From Eledone cirrhosa (lineage: Eukaryota): 64,000 bases of DNA. Position 1 is the stretch's first letter. Every line of letters begins with the position of its first letter. A model generated the notes under the pieces. That model did not search any database, was not told the DNA's origin, and saw nothing but the letters and a program-made list of their open reading frames with translations. Of this stretch, positions 46,431-60,079 are shown piece by piece. A program made the position numbers and the translations under genes. The stretch lies in NCBI GenBank assembly GCA_964016885.1, contig OZ024743.1, positions 71,300,001-71,364,000 of the forward strand, in the 5' to 3' direction.

Positions 46431-46900
46431 AGTACAGGGAGGCTAGGAAAAGATTCAACAACAGAAACGTTACGAGTCGAAGAGAGAGGACATCTTGAAA
46501 CTAATCATTAAAAAAACTACCAAGATTGGAAACAATATATTGCCAAAGATCTACCAACTATAAATAAGATCTTTTAGTACATGGAGGCTATGAACAGATT
46601 CAACAACAGAAACGTTATAAGTCTGAGAGAGAGGACATCTTGAAACTAATCATTAAAAAACTACCAAGATTGGAAACAATATATTGTGAAAGATCTACCA
46701 ACAATAAATAAGATCTTTCAGTACAGGGAGGCTAGGAAAAGATTCAACAACAGAAACATTACGAGTCTGGGAGAGAGAAGGCATCGTGAAGCTGATTATT
46801 AAGTGTAAGGGGTACTAGATAGCAAGATTGTCATGGATCTACCAACAATAAATAAGGTCTCTCAGTACATTGAGGCTAGGAAAAGATTCAACAACAAAAA
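46431..46900. repeat. Tandem repeat, 143-146-bp unit, ~3.3 copies
   Basis: AGTACA..GAGGCTA.GAA.AGATTCAACAAC at 46431, 46577, 46720 and 46864. Confidence 0.9.
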
Positions 46901-47587
46901 CCTTTAGCTGCTTTATAACTGCCCTTGTTTTTCACTTTTAAAAATCTTATTTATGCCTCTTTTTCCTCCCGCTGGCCTCCTCCCTTTAAAAAAATCTGTC
47001 TGTCTATTTCTTAACTATTAAGGGTACTAGGGAACTCCCCGAGTCTTTCATGGCTTACTAGCTCTATACGGACGTTTAAATTGATTAGATAAATAAATAG
47101 TAGATAGTTCAATGGTGGGATTAATGTAAATTAACAGTTCAAAGCTGGTATGTTTAAAGCCATATTCTATATTGTATATAATAAGGATGCACCAATAGCA
47201 AATGAGCCGAATGCCGGATAATCGGCCACTGATTCTATGCCGATATCGGTTAATCGGCCACCTATTATTTGCTGATACTAATTAGTCGGCCACTGATTAT
47301 CAATAATATAATTAAGTAACGTGGCATGAAAATGTTTGTTATGACTAATTGTAAGTGGTATATTATATCTCACAATTAATCTTAATTATGGAGTGACTAA
47401 TTGAGATCACACGATGATAAAATTAGGCTGAATTTACCGCAGTAGTTAACATACACAAGCCTACAAGAAATCGACTATGTTGGAAATGGAGAAAGTTTGA
47501 TGTTTTACATTATAATTTATGAGTTCTTGAATTTAATTATTAAATTTTATATTTTGTTTGCGTAAGTTAAATTAATGGCTTTTGATT

Positions 47588-47983
47588 AGGCACAAAGCCA
47601 GCAATTTTATGGGAGTGGAAAGTAGATTAAATCAACCACAGCGTGTGACTGGTATTTTATTTTATCGACCCTTTAAGGATGAAAGGCAAAGCTAACCTCG
47701 GCGGGATTTGAACTCAGAAAGTAAAGGGCCGTAACTCTATGCTCCAAAGCATGGCGTCCGACCCTCTACCGATTCTGTCAATCCACCGCCTAATAATTGT
47801 TTCTACTTTTGGCACAAGGCCAGAAATTATCTCAGTGCATTACTGGTACTTTATTTTATCAACCCCGTAAGGATGAAAGGCAAAGTTAACCTCGGCGGGA
47901 TTTGAACTCAGAAAGTAAAGGGTCATTACTCTATACCACGAAGCAGGGTGTCCAACGCTCTACCAGTACTACCACACCACCGC
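47588..47983 (-). mobile_element. Two tandem SINE family A copies (47588-47790, 47791-47983)
   Basis: Reverse-complement consensus, twice. Confidence 0.88.
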
Positions 47984-48019
47984 CCTTGCGTAAGTTAAGA
48001 TAATAGGAATCATTATTAC

Positions 48020-48213
48020 TGGCGGTGGATTGGCAGTATCGGTAGAGGGTCGGACGCCATGCTTTGCAGCAAAGAGTTACGGCCCTTTATGGTCTGAGTT
48101 CAAATCCCGCCGAGGTTAACTTTGCCTTTCATCCTTACGGGGTCGATAAAATAAAGTACCAGTAATACACTGGGTAATTGCTGGCCTTGTGCCAAAAGTA
48201 GAAACAATTATTA
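48020..48213 (+). mobile_element. SINE family A, head-to-head with the previous copy
   Basis: Full-length consensus. Confidence 0.9.
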
Positions 48214-48478
48214 CTCGAAAATCGTTGAATAACTTTGAATAAACGTGTAATTAGAATCTTGTTAATTTAAAGATTAATTCCACTTTGAAATATCTTCTCT
48301 TCATGGTCCACTAACTTCTGAGGGTGTCGTAGAGGTACCGCATTGACATACAGCGTTTCTAGGGCATTTTAAATCCCACCGGAGCCTATTTCCTCTCCAG
48401 GCCTGAATACAGCAGATTTCTTCCCAAGAAGGATAGAGAGGGTGAGAGAATGGAAGTGAGAAAGAGATATAGAGGAAG

Positions 48479-48637
48479 AATCGACTCCGGTACTAGACTG
48501 GTACTTTTTTTTTATCGACCTTGGAAGGATGAAAGGCAAAGTTGACTTAAATGGGATTTGAATTCAGAGAGCAAAGAATCGAAACAAACACCGCAACGTA
48601 TTCTATCCGACGTGCTGACGACTCTGCCAATTCGCCG
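48479..48637 (-). mobile_element. SINE family A-related (diverged)
   Basis: TATCGACC..GAAGGATGAAAGGCAAAGTTGAC..GGGATTTGAATTCAG..CTCTGCCAATTCGCCG. Confidence 0.75.
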
Positions 48638-49019
48638 TCTTTTTAAAAGATCAATTAGACACATATCCTCTCAGGAGTAGGAAAATCTCTCTTCTACTTT
48701 GACACCCTTTAACCTACAGAAGTTACGCCCCTTGGACAGTCCCAATAGAATTATATTACACTAGGATGTGGAGTTAGATTGTGTGGTCTAGGAAATAATA
48801 TATCTTTCTTAAGTATTTGTACATGTCCAATGTGTTTTCCGAATTTCTTGTTCCTAAAAAAAAATTGATTAATCGGCAAAAATATCCGATAACTACCGAT
48901 TAATTGGTGCAACCTTAATATTTAATGTAGTAGGTTACGGCTAATATGTATAAAGTTACAAATGCACACACACAAAACACACACACACTTTTATATATAC
49001 ATACATACAAGCATACACA

Positions 49020-49134
<115 letters not shown>

Positions 49135-49687
49135 CCACTTATTTAGAGAACAAAAGGTCCTTTCCTCCTGACAACGCCTTGTCAACAGCTGGTCCATATT
49201 CTGTTTACAATTTTAATTTCAATTGATTTGACCAACTCAAGTAACTGCTTTGTTTTCACCCAAGTCCCACGGTCCATGTCTCTTTAAATTCAGAAACAAT
49301 AGCTGCAGCATGGATGTATTTTATCGAGGCTAATACTTGGGTGTTGCATAACTGCTTTCGATTAGTCGATATAGCGAGAAAACCGTAGTTTATTTTTCCC
49401 TTTGAAACGCCCGTAAAACAATGGATTTATTAGATACTAAATATTGTTCAAGCTTTGAGGTATATAAATAATCTTATTTCAATGTTTAACCAATTTTCAA
49501 TGTTGTACTTGTATCAGCGCAACTAATAAACTCTGGCGTAATCAGGCTTAAGCACTCCACGTCAGGTCTACTTCTCTAACTAAAGTCTGGGCTCCCGTAG
49601 ACTAGTACCAAACGGAGGGCTGGTAACTTAATAAGTATTAAGACAGATTCTACGTTTCTATACTTCAATCTATTGAATAACTAAAAA

Positions 49688-49761
49688 GGTTATGCGTATT
49701 TCAGAGACACCTACCCGTTGTTACGTAACAGTAAGTTAGGCGAAAGCGTCCTCGTCAGACA
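49688..49761 (-). ncRNA. Type-I hammerhead-like motif with long stem II
   Basis: Minus strand: TGT CTGACGA GGACGC...GTGTCT CT GAAA TACGCA TA ACC. Confidence 0.6.
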
Positions 49762-49829
49762 GAATTTAACAGGTAGATTTATTTGGTGATATGATAGACT
49801 GAAGGTCATAAGGTGTAGATGATGATTAT

Positions 49830-49963
49830 AACGGCCCTTTATGGTCTGAGTTCAAATGCCGCCGAGGATAACTTTGCCTTTCATCCTTACGGGGTCGATA
49901 AAATAAAGTACCAGTAATACACTGGAGTAATTGCTGGCCTCGTGCCAAAAGTAGAAACAATTA
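49830..49963 (+). mobile_element. SINE family A, 5'-truncated
   Basis: Consensus body and tail. Confidence 0.85.
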
Positions 49964-50439
49964 TATTGTAGTAGTCTGTTTCAACTTCTTTCTGCATGCT
50001 GGTGGACGTGTTTTCAACATGGTCAGGTCAGTTGCCGATGTCCTACGGGGCTCCCATAATGATGGCTTTACTGAAGGCTATCATATCCCCGACAGTTCCG
50101 CAGTCTTGTGCTACCGGATGTGATGATATCTAAACGATGTTTCAGTCTCATTAAACCTGTTTAGCGACGTGTAGTTAGCAGCACTTGCCAAAGTTTGGTT
50201 AATTGTGTGTTATAAACGTTTTTGAGTAAAAGAACATAGACGTGACAAATAAAAGGAATGATCAAGAGCTATTAACACGACGAACCCAAAATACACGTAA
50301 AACACACAAACATAGTTTAGTGGGACTAACGTAATTAAAATGCCACATGTCACCAGGAGATAGCATCATTAGAGCTTTAATGATTAATTCTGAAGACACC
50401 AAAATGGCTGCAACAACGCTCAATACTGCGACTTATTTC

Positions 50440-51000
50440 CCCACCACTACCACCATCACCGTCACGATCATTACTGATACCACCAATACCACCACCCACC
50501 ATCACTACCATCACTAATACGACGACCACCAACCCCACCCCACCACTACCAACTTCACCAACACGACAATTACTAATACCACCAACACCACCATCACCAC
50601 CATCACTAATACGACAAACACCAATGCCATCCCCACCACCCGACCACCATCACTATCACCAATACGACGACCACCAATGACCCCTACCCCCATCACCAAT
50701 ACGACAATTACTAATACCACCAACACCACCATCACCACCATCACCAATACGACGACCACCATTGCCACCTCCACCACTGTCACCATCACTAACACGACGA
50801 CCACCAAAACCTACCACCACCATCACTAATTCAACGACGACTTCCTCACCATCACCACCACCTCCACCGCCACCAGACCCACCGCTGCCACCACTGCCAC
50901 CGCTGCCACCGCTGCCACCACCACCACCACCACCACTACACTCACTGCTGCCACCGCCGCCAAAACCACCACCAGCACTGCTGTCCCTCCCCAACGGCTA
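50440..51000. repeat. (CAC/CAT/CCG)n trinucleotide-rich low-complexity repeat
   Basis: Seen directly; includes reiterated ACCATCACTAATACGACGACC units. Confidence 0.9.
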
Positions 51001-52051
51001 TTACTGATAATATCGTCGTAATGAATATAATTAGTATCTTTATTAGTAAATACCAAACTATCATCATCATCACCAATCACAGAAGAGAAGAAAATGCTAA
51101 AATATAAAGGATTGTGTGTGTGTGTGAGTGGAGGGGCGGGTGTTGTGGGGTGGTGGTGGTGTAGACAGAGATCTTGAATCTTACAAAGTCAGCCATGTTT
51201 TTGTTTTGAATCTGATTCTGTTTAGAAAGTTCTGTCGAACTAACTGATTAGTTAAATCTGACCCGTGACCAGCATTCTAATAATTATTCTGTCTGGAAAG
51301 TTCTTCTTCTATCAACACACTTCTTGAGATTTTAATAGGTTCTGATCTTTAGCAGGAAATAGTTTCCAACACAGTAACAGTAAATTAACAGAAAATTCAT
51401 TTATTTCATTCCAGCTGAACAAATGATATTTCGGTGAAATTTATAGCGGAGAAAGTGTTAAGATTTTTATATCCGTACAAGTTGTTTAAATTTTACAAAA
51501 TTAAGATATTATCTCGATATATTCGTTGTATTTGACATGTTATATTGACTTGCAGGGGACATTGGTACAAGGCCACTATTGGTACAAACATACTATTAAT
51601 CTGTAATAACTTGTGTAATTCTCCTCTTCTTACAACTACCAACAAGTAATTTTATGATCTAGTTCACAAAATAATAACATAAAAAAATGTATTAATTTCC
51701 GCTGACTAGTTGTAAAGCCAATTTTTAGTAGAAAGTGTGTAGTCGGTTGAACCAACTAGAATATCGATCTTAAAGATGTACGATGAAGTCGATACTGACC
51801 AGTTTTCAACCCAGAGGAGAGAGAGAGAGAGATAGAAAGAAAGAGAAGGGAAGAAAGAGGGTAGATAGAGAGGGAGAAAGAGAGAGAGGAGATGGATTGT
51901 GAGAGAAAGAGGGGAAATAGAGGGTAGAGCGAGAGAGGGGGAGAGTTAGTGAGCGAGTGAGAGAGAGGGAGGAGAGAGAGATCGAGAGGAGAGAGAAAGA
52001 GAGAGAGAGATTGAGAAAGAAAGAGAGAGAGAGAGAGAAAGAGAGAGATTG

Positions 52052-52115
<64 letters not shown>

Positions 52116-52403
52116 GAGAGAGTGAAAGAGAGAAAGAGGAAGGGAGGAGAGAAAGAAAGAACTACAAACTTTGTATTACTATATTATAGAGTAGCTTCAT
52201 TTAACTAGGTAGGAGAGGGTTTATATAAAAAAAGGAATAATATGTCAGATTCTGCCTAGATTACTTTATTATTGTTACTCGTGTGCTACCATAGTCATTT
52301 TATTCTGAAAACCTTAGATGATAGAGATGAAATGGTGCTGGACTTACAGCAACACAAACACTTTTCTAAAGTCGTTCTTAAGTTTAATCGTTACGTTTTA
52401 GAC

Positions 52404-52597
52404 CTCTTCTTCTTCTTCTTCTTCTGCTACGCCCGCATATTCCCGAGAGTCATGTCAGTAGCGAGTCATGTCAGAAGCAACCGTCTCCAATTGATCCGAC
52501 TGGATCTCCAAGCAAGTCTAACGAAGCTCATGGATGTTACCCAACTATCTTGCTCGGGGTCTACCCCTGGGTCTCCTGCCTGCTGGTTTTGTCCGTA
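52404..52597 (-). mobile_element. RTE-clade LINE 3' end with (GAA)n tail
   Basis: Minus strand GRRPRGRPRAR* resembles the RTE C-terminal R.RGRP..RW motif; followed by (GAA)n. Confidence 0.6.
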
Positions 52598-52723
52598 AAA
52601 CCGAACAACTCTTTTCTACAATTAAAATATCAACTAATCAATTATCATGACGCAACCCAATATTTTCCCCGGGCTGTTCAATATAGTAGTCACAGGGCTA
52701 GCAAGTAAGAGAGATAATTATCG

Positions 52724-52762
52724 TTCCGCTGACGATAGTTAAGTATCCTGAAACGTTCGGAG
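52724..52762 (+). ncRNA. Minimal type-I hammerhead ribozyme
   Basis: TTCCG CTGACGA T AG-TTAAGTATC-CT GAAA CG TT CGGAG; stem II is weak. Confidence 0.7.
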
Positions 52763-53231
52763 TTATTCCCCTGTTTGTTCGAGTAGAGAAGAATATCAGT
52801 TAAAACCTAATATATATTTTTATCAGCGTCGTTAACCCTACGGGGTTATATCTGATGTTGATAGTGAAACAATCAGATCCCTATTTGTGCTTTACAATTG
52901 AGTCCATGTAGATCGAAATAGATCGAAAGAGATATCCAAATAGATTAATCAAGCGGTATGATTCACCGCTGTAAGTAGCGGTAGCACTGTTGAATTGACG
53001 AGTGTTTCGCTGGCTTGCAGTGCGGAATTCTCTCTCCACTCTCTACATCAATCTGACTATACTTGTAGTTAATATAAAAAGACATACAGATCTACTTCTG
53101 CTCTAGTACAAGGGCACAGATAATTTTTATTATTATTATTAATTCTTGACAGTTCGATTCGAACTCAGAATCGGTATTCTAGTATATATAGATAACGATG
53201 TATCAGATAAAATAATCAAACACTACGATAA

Positions 53232-53539
53232 CAGGACTGGATTTAATAGGGAAGGGAAGGGGAGGGGGAATTGTCCCGAGACCTCTGCGGTGGGGATCCC
53301 CACCAGCGACGACCGTAACAATATATTTGTGCCCTCAGCTGGGCGTTTTAGTTTTAGGAAGGTTAGAATTTTTGAATTTAATACCTGTATATATAACTTT
53401 TCAATTCCAATTACTTGCGCAAAGCTAACTTTGATATGTAAAATTGGGGGGTTTGCTGTGTATTCTAATTTTCTGTATATGATGCCCCCCCCCCCAACCT
53501 GAAGTGACGCAGGCTCCCCAAGGTCTAAATTCAATAATG
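53232..53539 (+). mobile_element. MITE family M
   Basis: CAGGACTGGATTTAATAGGG...CCAAGGTCTAAATTC; homologous to 39240-39543. Confidence 0.7.
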
Positions 53540-54166
53540 TACACTATAAAGTTGAAGTATGTAAGGTTGAACAACGATAACAAATAAGACAAGATTTAGT
53601 ACTTGATTAATCCATTGATTCAAGCTATTCCTCTATATAGAAATAGAGAGAAAGTGACATCCAAACGACTATCCTTCACTTCTTACTAACTTACCCTCCG
53701 CCAAATAACTTACCCGGCCAACAGGTTGGAGAATACATTGCACTGGAGGACGACGAGGGAGACGCGCTAAAACAGCCACTCCACTTCGTGCGTCTCGCAA
53801 CTGTGGGTATCTAAATCTGCTTCGATAGCAGTGTGTAAGGACCAAGAATGCGGGAAGTTTCCACTGCTACAGGCTCACACATGACAGCAGCCGACCTCCG
53901 CTCTGATGGCAGTGAATAGGGATATGAACCGGAGGCCAGGAAAGCTCCACTGTTACGGCCTTCACCACAAACCTATTCGAGACCGACTGATACTTGGACA
54001 ATTTGCCGTTTTGTTTTACCAATATGCAACATAAACTAAAATGTTATCGATATAGTGTCTAATATATGAAACAGTTATGAAACACCATAGCATTAGCCTC
54101 GACAAAATACACCCATTCTGTCGGTCATCGTCAGCTGAAGTATAAATATTATTGTATCTACTAATT

Positions 54167-54588
54167 GGGCGGTGGATTGGCAGTATCGGTAGAGGGTCGG
54201 ACGCCATGCTTTGACGCATAGAGTTACGGCCCTTGCCATTCTGAGTTCAAATCCCGCCGAGGTTAACTTTGCTTTTCATCCTTACGGAGTCGATAATATA
54301 AAGTACCAGTCACGAACTGGGTTCGATTTAACCGACTTTCCCCTCCTCCAAAATTGCTGGTCTTGTGCCTATATTAGAAACCATTATTCATTGATAGGGC
54401 GGTGGATTGGCAGTATCGGTAGAACGTCAGACACTATGCTTTGCAGCATAGAGTTATGGCCCTCTATGTTCTGAGTTCAAATCCCGCCGAGGTTAACTTT
54501 GCCTTTCATCCTTACGGGGTCGATAATATAAAGCACCAGTAATGTACTGGATTAATTGCTGGTCTTGTGCCAAAAGTAGAAACAATTA
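54167..54588 (+). mobile_element. Two tandem SINE family A copies (54167-54388, 54397-54588)
   Basis: GGGCGGTGGATTGGCAGTATCGGTAGA head occurs twice. Confidence 0.88.
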
Positions 54589-54898
54589 CTCATTGAACTG
54601 GTCAGGCTGCAGTTGAATTGTTTTAGCCCTTGGTCATCCCTGGAGTATATGCGTTTGTGGATCAACCCATAACCCATAACTCCTGAAGGAGTCGCAGCAG
54701 CGCCACATTGTCAGGCATTTTTAAAACCTGACGGAGCCCATCCCTTCCCCAGGATTTAACCCCAACCGGGGTCTGCGTGATAGAGAGAGGAAGTGAGAAT
54801 GAGATATATAGAAGAAGAATCGATTCTAATACTGGAATGGTATTTTTTTATGGACCCCTAAAGGATTAAAGTCTAAGTTGACTTCGACAGGATTTGAA

Positions 54899-54947
<49 letters not shown>

Positions 54948-55056
54948 GAATAAACACAGTAAATTGTGTGTTTAGAAATACAAGGGTAGTAAGACCACAT
55001 TGGTTTGACGAATATAAACTCTGAATCAAATATATATATACACACGTACACGCACG

Positions 55057-55126
<70 letters not shown>

Positions 55127-55563
55127 CACACACAAATATATATATATATAAATACATACATACACGCACACACATATGTATATATATATATATATATGTA
55201 TATATACACACACACAGGAGGAACGATCATGAAAGAGAAAAAAAGACTGATAGAAAATATGTATACCTAATATGCTCGTGTATGTGTTCAGTTAGTACGC
55301 AGTGGCATACTTTTATCGGAAATCGATATATTCCTGAAGTTGGGCATGCATTTATACATGTCTGCGTATAAGCATTCGTGATGTCTCAAGCATACACACA
55401 CACAAACACACTCTCTATTTGTCACACACAAATGCACACACATATACACACTAAGTTCACTTGTTAGAAATAGCTTCCTTCGTTTAGTGTTGTTGAACAT
55501 ATTTTTGTGTTTCATTGCTTCTGCATATACTCAACAATAAACACGCCAATTCCTCCCTCCTAT

Positions 55564-55603
<40 letters not shown>

Positions 55604-55706
55604 ATCAATAAAGAAAGATATTTTTCTATCTATCTAAAGAAAGAAATCTATCTATCTATCCATCCGTCCGCCTGCCTGCCTGCCTGCCTGTCTGCCTGCC
55701 TGCCTG

Positions 55707-55827
<121 letters not shown>

Positions 55828-55949
55828 TTAGCTATCGCCAAGAGGCTGAATACGCACGTGTTGCCCCCTCCCTTTTTGTTTCACTTTACCCCCGTTCCAT
55901 CCTCTTATTACACTTTATCGTTGTATTGTATCTTCTATTTCTAACTCTA

Positions 55950-55984
55950 TCTTCTGAAGAAGGACTCGAGTCCGAAACGGTGAC
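55950..55984 (+). ncRNA. Minimal hammerhead core, degenerate 3' side
   Basis: TCTT CTGAAGA A GGAC-TCGA-GTCC GAAA CG GT GAC; homologous to 34952. Confidence 0.6.
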
Positions 55985-56078
55985 TCTTTTTCCCGCTACT
56001 TCAAGCATTAGACTAATATATTACTTCAATGTACTGTGTAGTTTGCTTCGTTATTTCTGTTTACTTTTTACATATCGT

Positions 56079-56886
56079 TGGAAGAAGCAGATTCCACTGG
56101 TGAGGAGATCCGTCTGCTGTCAGCACCCTTCCAACGGAGGGCTGGGAATGCCGTGGCTGATAATGCGCAAACATGCGCTGAGGCTACGGCATCTCCAGGT
56201 ATTCCTCACCGACCAACCGGTGTGGGAACCGTTTGTGAGACAGGCCTTCCCGCAACTTATCTGGCTGACGGAGCTGCAGTCCTGGGTCAAGTGAAACCGA
56301 AGAAGATGGGCGCCTGGCACACTTAATGCGCTCAGGCGCTCATAGTCCTCTGTCAAGCGGGCACAGCAATCAGTGGAGACTTCACTTCGACATTCTATAG
56401 AGGGCTAGTACGTCACAAGGGTGACGACGTGCTCGGAGAGACTCTAGGCGTCAAAGACGACGAACTCACCCGTCTGTTTGGTAGGACTTTCCGCCCGGGA
56501 CCTATGGACAACTCCCAGAGAGCCCTGGCCAGGCAGTGCTACCGAGGAGCTTTACCAGTTCGAGACAAGATCTACAGGAAAGGACGCCCCGGCAGGGATC
56601 CTTCCAAGAGAACGTGTCCAAGATGCGAGCAGGACATTGAAACCGTCCTGCACGCAATTGTACACTGCCCGAGCGTAAACCGACCTGTGAAACTACGCAG
56701 AACAACTGCTGTAGCGTATGGGACATTTCCAGTTGACTGCCGAGTCCATAGTAAGGATCAAAGCGCCAACTTCTTTCAAAAACGAAAGAGAGGCGTTTTT
56801 ACTGGGTATAGTGGCTATGGTGAAAGTGGTTATATGGTGGACGAGATTGAGAGGACTGAGGACAGATGCCTTTCTCTCCACCAGCC
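56079..56886 (+). mobile_element. L1/Tx1 internal fragment (diverged paralog of 9120-9930)
   Basis: WKKQIPLVRRSVCCQHPSNGGLGMPWLIMRKHALRLRHL and CPRCEQDIETVLHAIVHC; contains stops and frameshifts. Confidence 0.9.
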
Positions 56887-56889
56887 ATG

Positions 56890-57562
56890 GCTGAAGCAAT
56901 TTATCTGTGCCTACAGCTGGGCTTTTTAGTTTTAGAATGGTTAGAACTTTTGAATTTTATACCTCTTCGTTGCTGAATTGCTGTAGTGGAGTCTGTGCTA
57001 CTCTACGGGTCTGAGCCTTGGATACTGACCAAGAGACTCACTCAGATGGTGGATGGGTGCTACACTAGAATGCTGATGATGGCTCTGAACTTTAATCAGT
57101 ATACACTGAGGATGAAGAACTCAGAGCTGTACGGGGGCCTTCCAAAAGTCAGCTCGAGAATAGCACAGAGGAGACTGAGGTTAGCTGGACATGCTCATCG
57201 ACATCCAGACTTAACACTGCACTCAGTGCTCCTGTGGGAACCCCTGCATGGACACACTGGAAGAGGGAGACCAAGGTTGACATATGTTGATGTCCTAAGA
57301 ACGGACACTGGTCTCTTGGAGACGCAGGACATGGCAGCGATAATGAGTGACAGAGACCGCTTGAGAGAACTCATCCATAGATCTCTGGAATTTTACCCGC
57401 CCTAGATAGATATATAATGTTTCGTATAATGTTTCAATTCCAATTACTTTCACCAAGCTAACTTTGATATGTAAAATTGGGGGGTGGGTAGGAGGTTCTG
57501 TGTATGAGGCGACCCCCAAACCTGAAGTGCTCCAGGATCCCCAAGGTCTAAATCGAACCCTG
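56890..57562 (+). mobile_element. MITE family M, interrupted by an RTE insertion
   Basis: 56890-56964 and ~57410-57562 join to give the family M sequence. Confidence 0.7.
56965..57410 (+). mobile_element. RTE-clade LINE 3' fragment
   Basis: ORF 56986-57405: ESVLLYGSEPW, RRLRLAGH, GRGRPRLTY. Confidence 0.85.
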
Positions 57563-57886
57563 CAAATACTATCTTACATCCCTCACTCCCTCCTCCTCCC
57601 TCCCTCACTTTCTCCCCCCTCACTTACCCCCTCCTCCCTCCCTCACTCACTTAATCAATCAGTCAATCACTTAATCAACCAATCAATCAGATCTATCAAT
57701 CAAACTTTCAACCAATCAATCAATATTGTACATCACTCACTAAATCATTCAATTTATCACTCAGCCAATCGATCACTCTTTCAATCAATCGATCGTTTAG
57801 TAATTCAAAAATCAATAATATTCCAATAACTCAATCAGTATTCAACAAAGAAGCAAACCTGGTCTTATTTAATCCATATATAGCTC

Positions 57887-58074
57887 GGTGGATTAGACGT
57901 AATCGGTAAAGCGTCGGATAACATGCTTTGTGGCACTTAGTTACTGCCCTTTACGTTGACTTCAAATCCCACTGAGGTTAACTTTGCCTTTCATCTATAC
58001 GGGGTCGATAAAATAAAGTACTATTAATGCACTGGTAAATTGCTGGCCTTGTGCCAAAAGTAGAAACAATTATT
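57887..58074 (+). mobile_element. SINE family A (diverged)
   Basis: Consensus body and tail. Confidence 0.8.
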
Positions 58075-58309
58075 TAGTCTATATTTTATAATTCGTTTCA
58101 TTTTGTCACGATCGAACCCGAGACTCCTAAATACTAGTAGTATCTGTGGGCTACAAAGACCGACAGAGAACACCAAACTAAATTCTTCGCTCTACATATT
58201 TATTTAGGCTTAGTGTTGACTTTGTTTATCATCTTCGCCATTTAATAACATAACCCCTCTCTCTATATATATATCTTTACACCTCTCTCCCTCTCTAATC
58301 ATTCTGTAC

Positions 58310-58355
<46 letters not shown>

Positions 58356-58851
58356 ATATACGGTATGTACACCCCTCTATCTCTCCATTTATATATACAC
58401 ATTGTGCATACTCCTCTCTCTCTCTGTATATACACACATTGTGCACACCCCTCTCTCTCTCTGTATATATACACTGTGTACCTATTTTAGCTCTAGGTGG
58501 TTTAATATCTGATATATAGTTTCATAAACATTATAACATTGACATGACATAAAAAATAAACTATATTAATTTCAAGCGGAACATTAACAAGTATATTTAA
58601 ATTGATATTAACATAACAAAGTGAGAACCATTACATTTATTGAGTTATGAGGTAAAATAATAAGAATTCAAATGGTTAAGTCTAAAAAACAAACAAAACA
58701 AAACAAAAAAACAAACGAAACAAACAAAACAAAATGGCTTCTGCTAATATTTAAATAGCAATAAAAACAAATTTGCTGTGAATATAGTATGGCTTGATAA
58801 ATATATAGTAGGAAGTGTTTCGAGAGTTAAGGTTACTGATATTCTGGTAGG

Positions 58852-59350
58852 ATAGTGATGGTGGTGGTGGTGATGATGATGGTGGTGGTGTTGGTGGTGA
58901 TGATGGTGGTGGTGGTGGTGGTGGTGGTGATGGTGGTGATGGTGGTGGTGATGGTGGTGGTGGTGATGATGATGGTGGTGGTGGTGGTGTTGGTGGTGAT
59001 GATGGTGGTGGTGGTGGTGGTGATGGTGGTGATGGTGGTGATAGTAGTGGTGATGCTGGTGATGGTGGTGGTGATGATGGTGATGATAGTGATGGTGGTG
59101 GTGATGATGGTGGTGATGGTGATGATGGTGATGATAGCGGTGGTGGTGATGGTGGTGGTAGTGGTGGTGATGATGGTGGTGGTGGTGGTGGTGATGATGG
59201 TGGTGTTGATGGTGGTGATGATGGTGGTGGTGATGGTGGTGGTGATTATGATAATGGTGATGATAATGAAGGTGATGAAGATATTGTTGATGATAGTGAT
59301 GATGATGATGATGTTGATGACGTTGAAGATGACGTTGATGATGATGAGGA
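58852..59350. repeat. (GGT/GAT)n trinucleotide repeat
   Basis: Seen directly. Confidence 0.95.
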
Positions 59351-59609
59351 TAGATCCTCCGTCGGTTTCGACAATAATTCGATCAACTGAACATCTGACT
59401 CATGAATTAACAACGTACAAATGACCTCAACAGACACGTGTAACATTAACTTATTTTTCAGGGTGAACAAGCGTGGCACATTATGTAATACGTATGGAGC
59501 TTTAGATTTTGTGGAGCAAAAAGACAGTCCGAGGATGCAGGGTATCATATATCTACCAGGTGACCGGCAACGAAGGACCCAGTAAACACACTATATCTTC
59601 TTCTTTGGC

Positions 59610-59934
59610 CCCATTCGGACACAAATGACCATGGTTTCGCACCTAGAAAGTTTCCCTCAGAGGTACAAGCCTGGGCAAGGTTTTTGTGGAAGACCAGCAG
59701 TCGCCCATGTATACCAGTCTCCCCTCTCCACGCCACCGATGTTGTCCAAGGGAAATGCAATGGCCGATACAGCTTGGCACCAGTGACGTCGCAACTCATT
59801 TCTATAGCTGAGTAAACTGGAGCAACATGAAATAAAGTGCCTTGCTCAAGGACACAACGCATCACCCGTTCCGAGAATCGAACTCACAACCTCTCAATTG
59901 CAAGCCCAATTTTCTAACCACTAAGCCATGCGCC
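59610..59934 (-). mobile_element. tRNA-derived SINE (family C) with a CORE-like central motif
   Basis: Minus strand: GGCGCATGGCTTAGTGGTTAG (A box), GAGTTCGATTC (B box), GTGTCCTTGAGCAAGGCACTT. A diverged piece lies at ~6445-6600 (+). Confidence 0.75.
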
Positions 59935-60079
59935 TTCTCAAACATATTATATGGATATAGTGATAGAATATATACAGTGACATTTGTGACATTTCTCAGA
60001 GGATTTGGCAAAAAAAAAAAAAAAGGAACTATTAACAGAAAGTTATGTTGGTACCACAACATCCAGGTCCAAACTAATG

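Larger units (their letters stand above)
47182..48917. mobile_element. Non-autonomous hAT-like DNA transposon containing nested SINEs
   Basis: TIRs TAAGGATGCACCAAT / ATTGGTGCAACCTTA; subterminal AATCGGC/CCGAT repeats at both ends; degenerate 8-bp TSD GTATATAA/ATATTTAA. Confidence 0.65.

Noticed and set aside
48020-48110. tRNA genes suggested by A and B boxes
   Set aside because: These are multi-copy SINE heads without a complete cloverleaf.
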